A stretch of DNA of 63,523 nt, counting the filler, from Chiloscyllium plagiosum (Eukaryota), in NCBI RefSeq assembly GCF_004010195.1. It is 4 parts of one record of this genome, joined end to end, with 100 filler letters (N's around TTAATTAATTAA, not from the genome) between each part and the next. Parts side by side here need not be neighbours in the genome. Positions count along the whole stretch, not along the records: positions 38,589 to 47,034 come from NC_057712.1; positions 47,135 to 63,523 come from NC_057712.1; 2 more parts are not named here. One strand, given 5' to 3'. Of this stretch, positions 38,589 through 51,169 are shown one piece after another. Below the pieces are notes generated by a model, which made no database searches, was not told where the DNA came from, and was given only the letters and a program-made list of their open reading frames with translations. The number at the start of each line of letters is the position of its first letter. Within the stretch, counting starts at the first letter, position 1. The position numbers were made by a program, and so were the translations under genes.

Positions 38589-39079
38589 TGGTCTGCAGAG
38601 AAGGCACGTGCCTTGCACGACTGACAATTGGAAAGACTGCTGGCTAGAATTTCTTGACTATGATGGCCTGAGATTGTGGTAAATTGACGAGGGCGCCCTG
38701 CTTCTTTTCATTATTTGTTGAGTGTTCTGTACTGTCCATCAGTCCTACCGGTGTGACTTTGATCCTAATTGTTTGTCGTGTTTGTATCTGGCTTTGTCGG
38801 TGCTGCAGCCTGCCTTGCATGCGGTCACTGAAGGGGATATGAGTGCACAGAACCCCAGACTCTGCGAGGGCAGACAGCCCACAGGCACAGCTCTGCCTTT
38901 CTCCCTCAGTGAGAATGGACCACAGCCACTGATTTTTTCACGGAGGTCACAAAGCCGCCAAGGTAAAGCATATGTTTCAATTCAAATAGGAGATCCTCTT
39001 GTTACAATGGTGTGTTGCTGCAAAAGCACAGCAGTTCAGGAAGCATACGAGGGACGAGTAGGAAGATCGACATTTTGTG

Positions 39080-39807
39080 CCACAGCCCTCGAAATCCAGC
39101 CCCAATGCAAGTCCAAGCTCTGGTCCCAACTCTAATCCAGTACCAGTCCTGATCCTAGCACCCATTCCTGCCATGCCTTCACTTTTCCCCCGGACTTCAC
39201 CCTCACTGGGGATAAATGTTCAGTCCTCAGTAAAGGCTGCACCTTTACCCCTCTAAGGTCCAGATTCATGAGTTCAAAACACTCTGCGATCTTGAAGTTA
39301 TTCCGCCTCCGTGCCCACTTTTACAACCTAGACATGTTCTCCCACCTCAAGACACCTCATCCTCCACCTGGACACCCCGTGCTGACCTGTACCTGCCTTT
39401 GGTCTCTTAATTTCAAACTGCCACCGTGACATCAACTGCCTCAACCTGTCCGACCGCCTCAGTAAATCTAAGCTCTCACCCTCACAATGCGCAGCCCTCC
39501 ACTCCCTCTGCTGTAACCCGAACCTCACCATCAAACCAGTGGACACAGGGGGTGCAGTGGTAGTTTGGTACACTGACCTCTACACCGCTGAAGCCAGGCG
39601 CCAAATCGAAGACACATTCTCCTACCGTCCCCCTGACGAAGCCCTCAACCCCCATCACCAAACCATCATTTCCTAGACCATACACAAGCTCATCACCTCC
39701 CGGGATCTCCCACACAAAGCTTCTAACCTCATAGCTCGGGATCCACGCACCGGCTGATTCAACCTCCTACCCTTGATTCACAAGTCTGAGTACCCCGGCT
39801 GACTTGT
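39080..39807 (+). mobile_element. PLE N-terminal / pre-RT fragment (decayed)
   Basis: SVLSKGCTFTP, LSPSQCAALHSLCCNPNLTIKPVDTGGAVVVW (cf. IKPADKGGAVVV), LLPLIHK..YPG. Confidence 0.8.
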
Positions 39808-40307
39808 NNNNNNNNNNNNNNNNNNNNNNNNNNNNNNNNNNNNNNNNNNNNNNNNNNNNNNNNNNNNNNNNNNNNNNNNNNNNNNNNNNNNNNNNNNNNN
39901 NNNNNNNNNNNNNNNNNNNNNNNNNNNNNNNNNNNNNNNNNNNNNNNNNNNNNNNNNNNNNNNNNNNNNNNNNNNNNNNNNNNNNNNNNNNNNNNNNNNN
40001 NNNNNNNNNNNNNNNNNNNNNNNNNNNNNNNNNNNNNNNNNNNNNNNNNNNNNNNNNNNNNNNNNNNNNNNNNNNNNNNNNNNNNNNNNNNNNNNNNNNN
40101 NNNNNNNNNNNNNNNNNNNNNNNNNNNNNNNNNNNNNNNNNNNNNNNNNNNNNNNNNNNNNNNNNNNNNNNNNNNNNNNNNNNNNNNNNNNNNNNNNNNN
40201 NNNNNNNNNNNNNNNNNNNNNNNNNNNNNNNNNNNNNNNNNNNNNNNNNNNNNNNNNNNNNNNNNNNNNNNNNNNNNNNNNNNNNNNNNNNNNNNNNNNN
40301 NNNNNNN
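39808..40307. other. 500-N scaffold gap
   Basis: Exactly 500 N, typical of a fixed-size scaffolding join. Confidence 0.97.
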
Positions 40308-40759
40308 TGGAGTTCCTTCCTGTTGCTTAACATCATATTCCATGGCGTAAGCCTTAAGAAAGGACCCAAGCTGTGGAGCTAAAAAAAAGACTCAAATTTG
40401 AGCACAGAGATGATTGATGCCATGATGTGCCTGTTCATTTCCATTTGGTCTGAAGTGTGCACCACAAATTAGATTAGATTACTTACAGTGTGGAAACAGG
40501 ACCTTTGGACCAACAAGTCCACACCTACCCATACCCCTACATTTTACCCTTTCACCTAACACTACGGGCAATTTAGCATGGCCAATTCACCTGGCCTGCA
40601 CATCGTTGGACTGTGGGAGGAAACCGGAGCAAACCCACGCAGACATGGGGAGAATGTGCAAACTCCACACAGTCAGTCGCCTGAGGTGGGAATTGAACCC
40701 GGGTCTCTGGCACTGTGAGGCAGCAGTGCTAACTACTGTGCCACTGTGCTGCCCACAAT
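40308..40759 (+). repeat. 452-bp direct repeat, copy 2 (contains a V-SINE on the minus strand, ~40468-40757)
   Basis: Matches 34637-35088. Confidence 0.95.
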
Positions 40760-41357
40760 CTCTTAATAAACATGACACCTAGTGCATATCCTGTTGGAGG
40801 TGTGTGCACCCATAATTGAGTTCATTTTTGAACTTTAGGGGATCTCATGGCAACTGCGAAACAGGGCCCTTGTTCTTTTGTGTCTCAGTGAGGATACTTA
40901 AATGTGATTCATTGAAAGATACTGAAAGATGCTCACACACACCACAGATCCCCTGTAGTAGACATTATGTTGCAAGATTCTCTCAACCTGAAACTGCCAC
41001 ACAAAGTATCATAGAAGTCTATAGTCAGCAGTAAGCCATAGTCCTTTGCTATTAATGCAGTCTGGGTCAGTGCGTAAATAATCCTTTGTAACCTTCTCTC
41101 TCCAGTCTTAATTAACGGTTAGCTGGATATGGAACATGATTTGGGGAAAATAATGTTCATCTTATACCATGTACTTGTATAACACATACATATTTAAACA
41201 ACAGTATGAAATAATTTTTGTCTTACTTCTACAAGTGAAAGTCATTAAGCTTTTAGAAGTTACACTTAATATAAAGACTGTTAACATGATAGCTCATATC
41301 AACCAGATACCAGTTTTGTACACAATGTTCCAAATAATTATTGATTTTGCCAGATGT

Positions 41358-42036
41358 GAAGTAGACCATAATTGCACGCAATATTCCAAAGTGGCCTAAC
41401 CAATGTCCTGTACAGCCGCAACATGACCTCCCAACTCCTGTACTCAATACTCTGACCAATTAAGGAAAGCATACCAAACACGATCTTCACTATCCTATCT
41501 ACCTGCGACTCCACTTTTAAGGAGCTATGAAAATGTTGTGAAACTTGAAAGGGTTCAGAAAAGATTTACAAGGATGTTGCCAGGGTTGGAGGATTTGAAC
41601 TATAGGGAGAGGCTGAACAGGCTGGGGCTGTTTTTCCTGGACCCTCAGAGGCTGAGGGGTGACCTTATAGAGGTTTATAAAAATTGTGAGGGGCATGGAT
41701 AGGGTAAATAGACAAAGTCTTTTCCCTGGGGTCGGGGAGTCCAGAACTAGAGGACATAGGTTTAGGGTGAGAGGGGAAAAACATAAAAGAGACCTAAGGG
41801 GCAATGTTTTCACGCAGAGGGTGGTACATATATGGAATGAGCTGCCAAGAGGAAGTGGTGGAGGCTAGTACAATTGCAACATTTAAAAGGCACCTGGATG
41901 GGTATATGAATGGGATGAGTTTGGAGGGATTTGGGCCAGTTGCTGGCAGTGGGACCAGATTGGGTTGGGATATCTAGTCGGCATGGACGGGTTGGACCGA
42001 AGGGTCTGTTTCCATGCTGTATATCTCTATGTCTAT
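41358..42036 (+). mobile_element. CR1 3' end with an inverted 5' segment (41358-41531 on the minus strand)
   Basis: The outer end of the inverted piece is the sequence immediately upstream of where the forward piece starts (compare 29760-29795). Confidence 0.9.
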
Positions 42037-42055
42037 GTGTCAAATATTTCCAAAT

Positions 42056-42184
42056 ATCCTGACAAAGTGCTTTTGCCCGAAACATTGATTTTCCTGCTCC
42101 TTGGATGCTGTCTGACTGGCTGTGCTTTTTCAGCACCACACTCTTGACTCTAATCTCCAGCATCTGCAGTGCTCACTTTCGCCT
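42056..42184 (+). mobile_element. Hammerhead-headed mini-element (core decayed to CUGACAA)
   Basis: Same family as 22895-23025; ends ctccagcatctgcagtgctcactttcgcct. Confidence 0.8.
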
Positions 42185-42389
42185 TACACATTCATATATC
42201 TACCCAAACAACATGGAGAATCATCAATGGTTAATAATCAAAAGATCAAATGAGCAGGGATAATGGAGCGTGTTAAAGAATTTTAAGACTTGTCATTGAA
42301 CAATGCGAGATAGATAATGGGATTTTACATGTGGTTTCTTTTTTAAAAGCTGAAACCTGTAAGGCAGATTAAACATAAATTTAAAGCCA

Positions 42390-43490
42390 TTTATGTAGCA
42401 GATAAAGGGAAACCAATGATATTGTATTTAGATTTCCAGAAGGCTTTTGATCATGCAGAGAATAAAAAGCTCAGGGTGTATATGGTAACATATTGGTATG
42501 GATAGAAGATTAGCTGGCTAATAGGAAGTTAGGAATGATTGGATCCTTTTCAGGTTAGTAGGATGTCACGGGTCATGTGCCACAGGGGTTGGTGCTGCGG
42601 CCTGGACTCTTTTACAACTTATATAATTGATTTGGATGAAGGAACTGAAGGTATGGTAACTAAATTTGCACATGGTACAAAGACAAGTAGGAAAGTGAGT
42701 TGTGAGAAGACAAAAGGTGCCTACAAATAGACATAGATTGGTTAAGTCAGTGCGAAACATTCTGGAAAATTGATTATAATGTGGCATGCTGTAGAATTGT
42801 CCATTTTTGCATAAAGAATTGAAATTAAACATAATATCTAAATGGTGAACGAACAGAGATCTGAAATCTAGAAACATCTGGGTGTCCTAGTGCATGAATC
42901 ACAGAAGGTTTGTATGCAGGTACAACAAATTATCAGGACTGGTACTAGAGTATTATGGTTTATTGTGAGATGGATTGAATAATTGAATGCAAGAGTAGGG
43001 AGGCTATGCCCCAGTTATACACAATATTGGCAGAACTTCATCTGGATTGCTGTCTATAATAGTGGTCACGATACTTACAGAAGAATGTAAATGCATCGGA
43101 AGCAGTTCAGAGAAGGTTTACTAGATTGATACCTAGAAATAGCAGACTACCTTATGAGGAAAGGCTACACTGGCTCGGTCTGTATGCTCTGGAGGTTAGA
43201 ATTGCCAGGTAACTTGGCTGAAGCATAAAATTCCTGAGGAGACCTGACTGAGTGAATGTGGAAAGGATATTGAAGGTTTGAATCTTTGGAATTCCCTTCC
43301 TCAAAAGGCAGTGAAAGCAGAATCTTTAGATATTTTTAAAGCAGGGGTGGATAAATTCCTGATGACCAAGGGGATGAAAGGTTATTAGGGATTTGCAGGA
43401 ATGTAGAGTTGAAGTTAAAATCAGATCAGCCATGATCTTGAGAATTGAACTCTTGCGCCAAGTTCATGTGTTTAAATGGGCAACTTCTAA
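42390..43490 (+). mobile_element. Old CR1, RT to 3' end
   Basis: YLDFQKAFD, YIIDLDEGTEGMVTKFAHGTK. Confidence 0.8.
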
Positions 43491-45884
43491 TTAAAAATCC
43501 GCTTCTATGAAATTGATATGGTTGTGCAGCATCATTGTGTTTGCAGTTTCGATAACTAAATGGTTGCCTATACAGTTTGATCAATTCACAGTAGATAATT
43601 TGCAGCGAGCTGAAGAAAAACAGTATATCATACACCATTTACAGGCCAGTCTTTCTCAGAGATAACATAAGATGGCTGGTATATGTAAAGAAAATGCATT
43701 ACTGGATCATTTTGGAGGGGCATCCTTTCAATTTGATGATAAAATGCATCATGAACATGGTGCAAGAAGTTAAAAAGCTTATAAAACCAAGACCCGATGT
43801 TCAGAATAAATATGAGAAAGCAACTTGAGCAAATATTTCAAGACCAGTTCCTAATTTAATTAAGGATGATGTCATTCCAAGTTGCAATAGCATTGTTTAA
43901 GTGTAATAAGTAAGACACAACAGGCAGTTAAAAGGAACCATACCAGTGACTTCTTTGGCTTAACAATCCCTCCAACATGTGCTATTTTTTCTTTAAGGTT
44001 CTACAGGTATCTTCATAAAAATGTCCTTCTGAGCATTAAATCATGCAACAACTTGCATGAAGCTCACCGACACACTGCTTCATTTAACTGACACATCATA
44101 AAGTTTTACACATTCAGTCACCCAGATAATTACACAATTAAATTTCACTCAGTGCAGCTGAAGCAGGGATAATGAAATTTCCATTGGTGTAGCCTTACAA
44201 TGCTGGGTGTCAAAGGTCAACTTCCTGTTTGGATAAGGGTCAGTTTAAAGAGGATTTCTGATGGGCTTTTACTTCAATTGGGCATAGAAAAACGGCTGCC
44301 ACGGTATTTCAATTTGTCGGACTCAATGGAAGCAACAGATGCTGGAAGTGCGCTGAAACCATTCAGTGAACTGCTCTCAATGCAGGTGTTGGTAAGTGTA
44401 AGTGTAGGTGGGCCAAACTGTGTTCAATAACTCTCTGGCCCTGGTTTTAAGAACCCGCCCCCTGCATCTGGGAGTTTGTGAGGTGGATGAACAGTTAACA
44501 TCAGGGGAATCCACTTTTAGACCTTTCTCACTGTCACCTCACTGGCCCCAACTTTAATGCAGCTACTGACTCTCTTTGGAAATGCAGGAGCATGTCTGGT
44601 GACTACATATAAGTCAGGATTGTGTAAAGTATTGGGGAATCTGGTGTGATTTTATCTGGGGTGAGACAGAGGGTCCAGCCCAGTGGTTAATTCACTCAGC
44701 AATATCTCATGGAACTGGCCTCAGCAACTGCCTGTCTAATGTGCCAGGAAAATTTAATGGTGCACACAATGCCAAGGGGACATCCTCTCAAATAAGAAAG
44801 AAAGAGGACAGGGAAGAGGGTTAGGACAGCATCTTCGTTGACAGGGAAGTAAAAGGGCCACAGTTGAATATTTGGCCCTGAAGCCTCCTCTGCTATTTAC
44901 GATGATCAGGATTAATCTAATAATATGTCAGAATATGATTTAGTGTAGCTCAATTAAGTGAAAGTGTGTTTTTCTAGTGAATGAGAGTGAGAGTAATTGC
45001 TGAAAGTCCGTTCAATGAAGTCTCCAGCCCGATAATGGCTAATGTACTCAGTTTTGCCAGGCCCTCAAATTTCCACACTTTCTCTTTCAATTCATTTAGA
45101 ATTAGTGTATTAGTTGACAACCTCTCAAAATCCTTTTGTAGTGTTTTATAACTCGAACACAATAATATCAACAAACTGACACTGAAAGCTTTCATTAGTT
45201 TTAATTCATTTGATTATTTCATAGATTACTTGAATGTAAATGTGTTACACTTAAGTACTTAAGTACTTAAATTACCATTTCAAATTTTGTTTCATTCTGT
45301 ATGCTTGGAATAATGTTTCCTTAATATGATATTTATTATCTCAATAAATCTGATGATCTGTTTCATACTTGCACGGAGATGGATGTCGTTTTCTATGCGA
45401 ATGCCTCTTAATTATCAAGTAGCCAAGTAATATCAAAAATTGTTTTCAGAAAATGCCACCATATTGCTGGTTAATAGCATATTCATTTCTAGCCAGTTGG
45501 CATAGCAATGAGGAAATTCCTGCTGTAGTCAACCGTGCCAAAGCCCAGTGGGTAAAACAAATATAAACTGTTAATTGAAATCTTCCATATAAAGGAATGA
45601 ATGATCTTATATCACATAACTGTGTAAAAATAATTGCTTTTAAAGAAGACTGTCATCCAACTCAATTTAATACCAATTTAACCAAATTGATTCCCTGGTT
45701 TTGCAGAGATGTGAATAATGACTACAGCCTATTCCTATGTACAGTGCCCTTAATATCATAAAAATGTCTAAAGATGCCACAGAGGAATATTATCAGACAA
45801 AATTTGCTGAGCCAAGATATTAGGCTAAGTCAGTCAGAGTGAAGATGTTTTAAGAAGTGACTTTAAAGGAGGAAAGAGGGATTC

Positions 45885-46345
45885 AATTGGATTTGATTTG
45901 ATGTATTATTGTCACATGTACCTAGGTACAATGAAAAGTTTTGTTTTGCATGCAGTACAGGCAGATACCATACAACGTGCATCAGGCTAATAGAACAGAA
46001 CAAAGAATATAATGTTACAGGTGCAAAGTAGGTGGATAAAGGGAAGAAGCTGTTCTTGAATCTGTTGGTACATGTATTTAAGCTTTTGTATCTTCTGCCT
46101 GATGGAAGAGATTGGAAGAGATTATAACTGGGGGATGGGAGGAGTCATTGATTATGTTGGCTACCTTTCCAAGGCAGCAAGAAATACAGGTGGAGGCAAT
46201 GGTTGGAAGGCTGGCTTACGTGATGGACTGGGCTGGGTTCACAACTTTGTAGTTTCTTACGGTCCTGGGCAGAGCTGTTGCCATTTCAAGCCATGATGCA
46301 TCCAGATAGAATGCCTTCTACGATGTATCTATAAAATCTACGGGT
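45885..46345 (-). mobile_element. Rex1/Babar-clade LINE 3' end
   Basis: Minus strand encodes YNLFQSLPSGRRYKSL..TNRFKNSFFP; tail of (tcaaa)n-like repeats. Confidence 0.75.
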
Positions 46346-46603
46346 GCATCTTTCAGATGGAGAGACAGAGATGTTGAGAAGAATTCTACAACCTAGGCCC
46401 TAACATCTTTTTGTATCATTATCTGCTGGAAGTTTCACATGGATTGTTAGCGCTTGCTACATTTATCTATCAGCATTTCCATTTTAAATAATGCTTGAAA
46501 TCTTAGGCTTTACTGCATCTCATGATTACTGAAGCTAACTTGTCTTTTTAATGTCATTTCTCTAGGGCTTAGCAATTCATAATCATTGGAAATATTCATG
46601 AAA

Positions 46604-47034
46604 ACATAGAACATAGAACATAGAACAATACAGCACAGAACAGGCCCTTCGGCCCACGATGTTGTGCCGAACATTTGTCCTAGCTTAAGCACCTATCCAT
46701 GTACCTATCCAATTGTCGCTTAAAGGTCACCAAAGATTCTGACTCTACCACTCCCACAGGCAGCGCATTCCATGCCCCCACCACTCTCTGGGTAAACCCC
46801 CTATACTTTCCACCCTTCACCTTAAATTTATGTCCCCTTGTAACACTCTGTTGTACCCGGGGAAAAAGTCTCTGACTGTCTACTCTATCTATTCCTCTGA
46901 TCATCTTATAAACCTCGATCAAGTCACCCCTCATCCTTCGCCGTTCCAACGAGAAAAGGCCGAGAACTCTCAACCTATCCTCGTACGACTTCCTCTCCAT
47001 TCCAGGCAACATCCTGGTAAATCTTCTCTGCAAC
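46604..47034 (-). mobile_element. Young CR1 3' end with (ttctatg)n tail
   Basis: ORF 46680-47033: QRRFTRMLPGMERKSYEDRL...WNALP. Confidence 0.93.
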
Positions 47035-47134
47035 NNNNNNNNNNNNNNNNNNNNNNNNNNNNNNNNNNNNNNNNNNNNTTAATTAATTAANNNNNNNNNN
47101 NNNNNNNNNNNNNNNNNNNNNNNNNNNNNNNNNN
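47035..47134. other. Assembly gap with TTAATTAATTAA linker
   Basis: 44N + 12 nt + 44N. Confidence 0.97.
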
Positions 47135-47310
47135 CCTGTTGTTTGTTTCTTATGTATTGAAAGAAACTTTTACTCTCATTTCTAATATTACTGGCTGGCC
47201 TACCTTCATATTTGATCCTCTCCTTCCTAATTTCTCTCTTTGTTATCCTCTGTTTGTTTTTGTAGCCTTCCCAATCTTCTGATTTCCCAGTGCTCTTGGC
47301 CACTATACAA
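47135..47310 (-). mobile_element. CR1 ORF2 linker fragment
   Basis: AKSTGKSEDWEGYK..NIRNESKSFFQYIRNK. Confidence 0.8.
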
Positions 47311-47349
47311 TAAGAGTTATGCTGCTTCAAGACACCGAGAGCCAGGAGG

Positions 47350-50300
47350 AGGTGACGTTGGTGCGAGGTGATTGTTGGGAAGGCCGGTAAGTATATTTTA
47401 AACTTCTTACCCTTCCCAAAGGTCCTTTGCTTGCTCCTCCCTCGCTAACCTGAAGGTAAGTAGAACAGGTTATATTTGCGTGGTTGCAGGGATCCTCTGT
47501 GGCCATTCACCTCAACAATAAATAAGCCATTTTGGATACTTTTGGGGGGGGAATGACTTACCAGGGGAAAGTAGTGGGGCATTTGCTGCTCAGAAGGGAA
47601 GGGGGAAGAGGAGCAGAGCAGTAGTCATTGGGGACTCCATAGTTAAGGGGACAGATAGGAGGTTCTGTGGGGACGAGAGAGACTCATGGTTGGTGTGTTG
47701 CCTCCCAGGTGCCAGGGTCCGTGATGTCTCTGATCATGTTTTTGGGAACCTTCGTGAGAGCATACCCAAGTCATGGTCCATGTTGGCACCAACGACATAG
47801 GTTGGAAGCGAGATGGGGACTTGAGGCAGAAATTCAGGGAGCTAGGATGGAAGCTTAGAGCTAGGACGAACAAAGTTATTTTCTCTGGTTTGCTGCCCGT
47901 GCCACGTGCTAGTAAGGTGAGGAATAGGGAGAGAAAGGAGTTGAACATGTGGCTACAGGGATGATGCAGGAGGGAGGGTTTTGGGTTTTTGGATAATTGG
48001 AGCTCTTTCTGGGGTAGGTGGGACCTCTACAAGCAGGATGGTCTTCATCTAAACCAGAGGTGTACCAATATCCTGGGTGGGAAATTCACTAAAGCTATTA
48101 AGGTGGATTTAAATTAATACAGCAGGGGGATGGGAACCAAAATTGTAGGACAGGTACAGAAGAGGATGAGAGTAGGGAGTTCCCAAATCAAGTATCTGAC
48201 ACTGGCAAGCGAGAACCTGGTTTGAACTGTGTATACTTCAATGCGAGGAGCATCTGAAATAAAGTGGGTGAACTGGCAGCGTGGGTTGGTACCTGGGACT
48301 TCGATGTTGTGGCCATTACGGAGACCGTGGATAGAGCAGGGACAGGAATGGCTGTTGCAGGTTCCGGGATTCAGATGTTTCAGTAAGAAAAAAGAAGATG
48401 GTAAAAGAGGGGGAGGTGTGGCATTGTTGATCAGGGACAATATTACAGTTGTAGAAAGGATGTTTGGGGACTCGTTAACTGAGGTAGTATGGGCTGAGGT
48501 TAGAAACAGGAAAGGAGAAGTCACCATGCTAGGAGTTTTCTATAGGCCTCCGAATAGTCCCAGAGATGTAGAGGAAAGTATAGCAAAGATGATTCTCGAT
48601 AGGAGTGAAAGAGACAGGGTAGTTGTCATGGGGGACTTCAACTATCCAAGTATTGACTAGGATCACTACAGTACGAGTACTATAGATGGGTCGGTTTTGT
48701 CCAGTGTGTGCAGGAGGGCTTCCTGACACAGTATGTAGACAGGCCTACAAGGGTAACGAGCCTGGCCAGGTGTTAGATTTGAAGTAGGTGAGCACTTTGG
48801 TGACAGCGATCACAATTTTGTTATGTTTACTTTAGTGATGGAAACGGATAGGTGTACTCCACCGAGCAAGAGTTACAGCTGGGGGAAAGGAAATTACGAT
48901 GCAATTAGGAAAGATTTAGGAAGCGTATAATGGAGAAGGAAACTGCAGGGGATGAGCACATTTAAAATGTGGAGCTTATTCAAGGAAAAGCTGCTGTGTG
49001 TCCTAGATAAGTATGTACCTGTCAGGCAGGGCGGAAGATATAGAACCCGTGACCCGTAGTTTACTAAAGAAGTGGAATCCCTGGTCAAGAAGAAGAAGAA
49101 GGCTTATGTTAGGACAAAATGTGAAAACTCAGTTAGGGTGCTTGAGGGTTACAAGGAAGTCAGGAAAGACCTATAAAGAGAGCTCAGAAGAGCCAGGGGG
49201 GGACATGAGAAGTTGTTGGCAGGTTAACCCTAAGGCTTTCCATAGGTATGTCAGGAATAAAAGAATGACGAGAGTTAAATTAGGGCCAATCAAAGATAAT
49301 AGTGGGAAGTTATGTGTGGAGTCAGAGAAGATAGGGGGAGCACTAAATAAATATTTTTCAACAGTGTTCACTATAGAAAATGAAAATTTTGGTGAGGAAG
49401 ATACTGAGGTAGTTGCATCTAGACTAGAAGTGTTTGAGGTTCACAAGGAAGAGGTATTAGAAATACTACAGAGTGTGAAAATAGACCATACCCCTGGGCC
49501 GGATGGGATCTATCCTAGGTTCCTCTGCGAAGTAAGGGAAGAGATTGCTGAGCCTTTGGCATTGATCTTCAAATCATCATTGTCTACAGGAATAGTGCCT
49601 GAGGACTGGAGGATAGCAAATGTGGTTCCCTTGTTCAAAAAGGGTAGTAGAGACAACCCTGGTAATTACATACCAGTGTCTCACTTCAGTTGTTGGTAAA
49701 GTGTTGGAAAAGGTTATAAGAGAGCGGATTTATAACCATCTAGAAAAGAATAATCTGATCAGGGACAGTCAGCACGGTTTTGTGAAGGGTAGGTCGTGCT
49801 TAACGAATCTCATTGAGGTTTTTGACAAAGTGACCAAACAGGTAGATGAGAGTAAACCGGTTGATGTGGTGTATATGAATTTCAGCAAGGCGTTCGATAA
49901 GGTTCCCCACAGTAGGCTATTGTACAAAATGCGGAGGAATGGGATTGTGGGAGACATAGCAGCTTGGATCAGTAATTGGCTTGCTGAAAGAAAACAGAGG
50001 TTGTAGTTGATGGAACATGTTTATCTTGGTGTCCAGTTACTAGCGGCGTACCGCAAGGGTTGGTGTTGGGTCCACTGCTGTTCGTCATTTTTATAAATGA
50101 CCTGGATGAGGGCTTAGAAGGGTGGGTTAGTAAATTTGCGGACGACACTAAAGTTGGTGGAGTTGTGGATAGTGATGAAAGCTGTAGTAGGTTGCAGAGA
50201 GACAGAGAGAGGATGCAGAGCTGGGCTGAGAGGTGGCAAATGGAGTTTAATATGGACGAGTGTGAGGTGATACACTTTGTCTGGAGTAATCGGAATGCAA

Positions 50301-51022
50301 AGTACTGGGCTAATGGTAGGATTCTTGGGAGTGCAGATGAGCAGAGAGATCTCGGTGTCCAAGTATACAGATCCCTGAAAGTTGCCACCCAGATTGACAG
50401 GGTTGTTAAGAAGGCATACAGTGTTTTGGCCTTTATTAATAGAGGGATTGAGATCCAGAACCAGGAGGTTATGCTGCAGCTGTACAAAGCTCTGGTACGG
50501 CCACACTTGGAGTATTGTGTACAGTTCTGGTCACCGCATTATAAGAAGGATGTGGAAGCTTTGGAAAGGATGCAGAGGAGATTTACTAGGATGTTGCCTG
50601 GTATGAAAGGAATGTCTTACGAGGAAAGGCTGAGGGCCTTGAGGCTGTTCTCATTAGAGAGATGAAGGTTGAAAGGTGACTGAATAGAGACATACAAGAT
50701 AATCAGAGGGTTAGATAGGGTGGACAGGGAGAGCCTTTTTCCAAGTATGGGGACGACAAACTCAAGGGGACACAACTTTAAAGTGAGGGGAGGTAGATAT
50801 AAGACAGATGTCAGAGATAGTTTCTTTACTCAGAGTAGTAAGGATATGGAATGCTTTGCCTGCATCGGTAGTAGATTCGCCAAGTTTAAGTGCATTTAGG
50901 TCATCATTGGACGTGCATGGAATAGTGTAGGTGGAATGGGCTGCAGATTAGTATGACAGGGCGGTGCAACATCGAGGGCTGAAGGGCCTGTACTGCGCTG
51001 TAATGTAATGTTCTATGTTCTA
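47350..51022 (+). mobile_element. Near-full-length, inactivated CR1 LINE (ORF1 SGNH esterase; ORF2 APE endonuclease plus RT)
   Basis: ORF1: VIGDSIV, HVGTND, DGLHLN. APE: YFNARS, ETW, GGGVAL, YRPP, GDFN. RT: QHGF, FSKAFD, GVPQG, FADD. (ttctatg) tail; many frameshifts and stops. Confidence 0.95.
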
Positions 51023-51169
51023 AGACATATGTCAGACTAGAAGCCATTGGCAATCTGAAGGAATGATTCCACTCCACAGACTGATTCATGATGGTCTGTT
51101 GCACAGCTTTACAATAATCAGGGGACAGTCCTTTTTCATAACGTCACGTTCAACTGTTCAGTATTTGCA

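Noticed and set aside
39759..40382. ORFs of ~200 aa spanning the N-run
   Set aside because: Artefacts of the 500-N gap.
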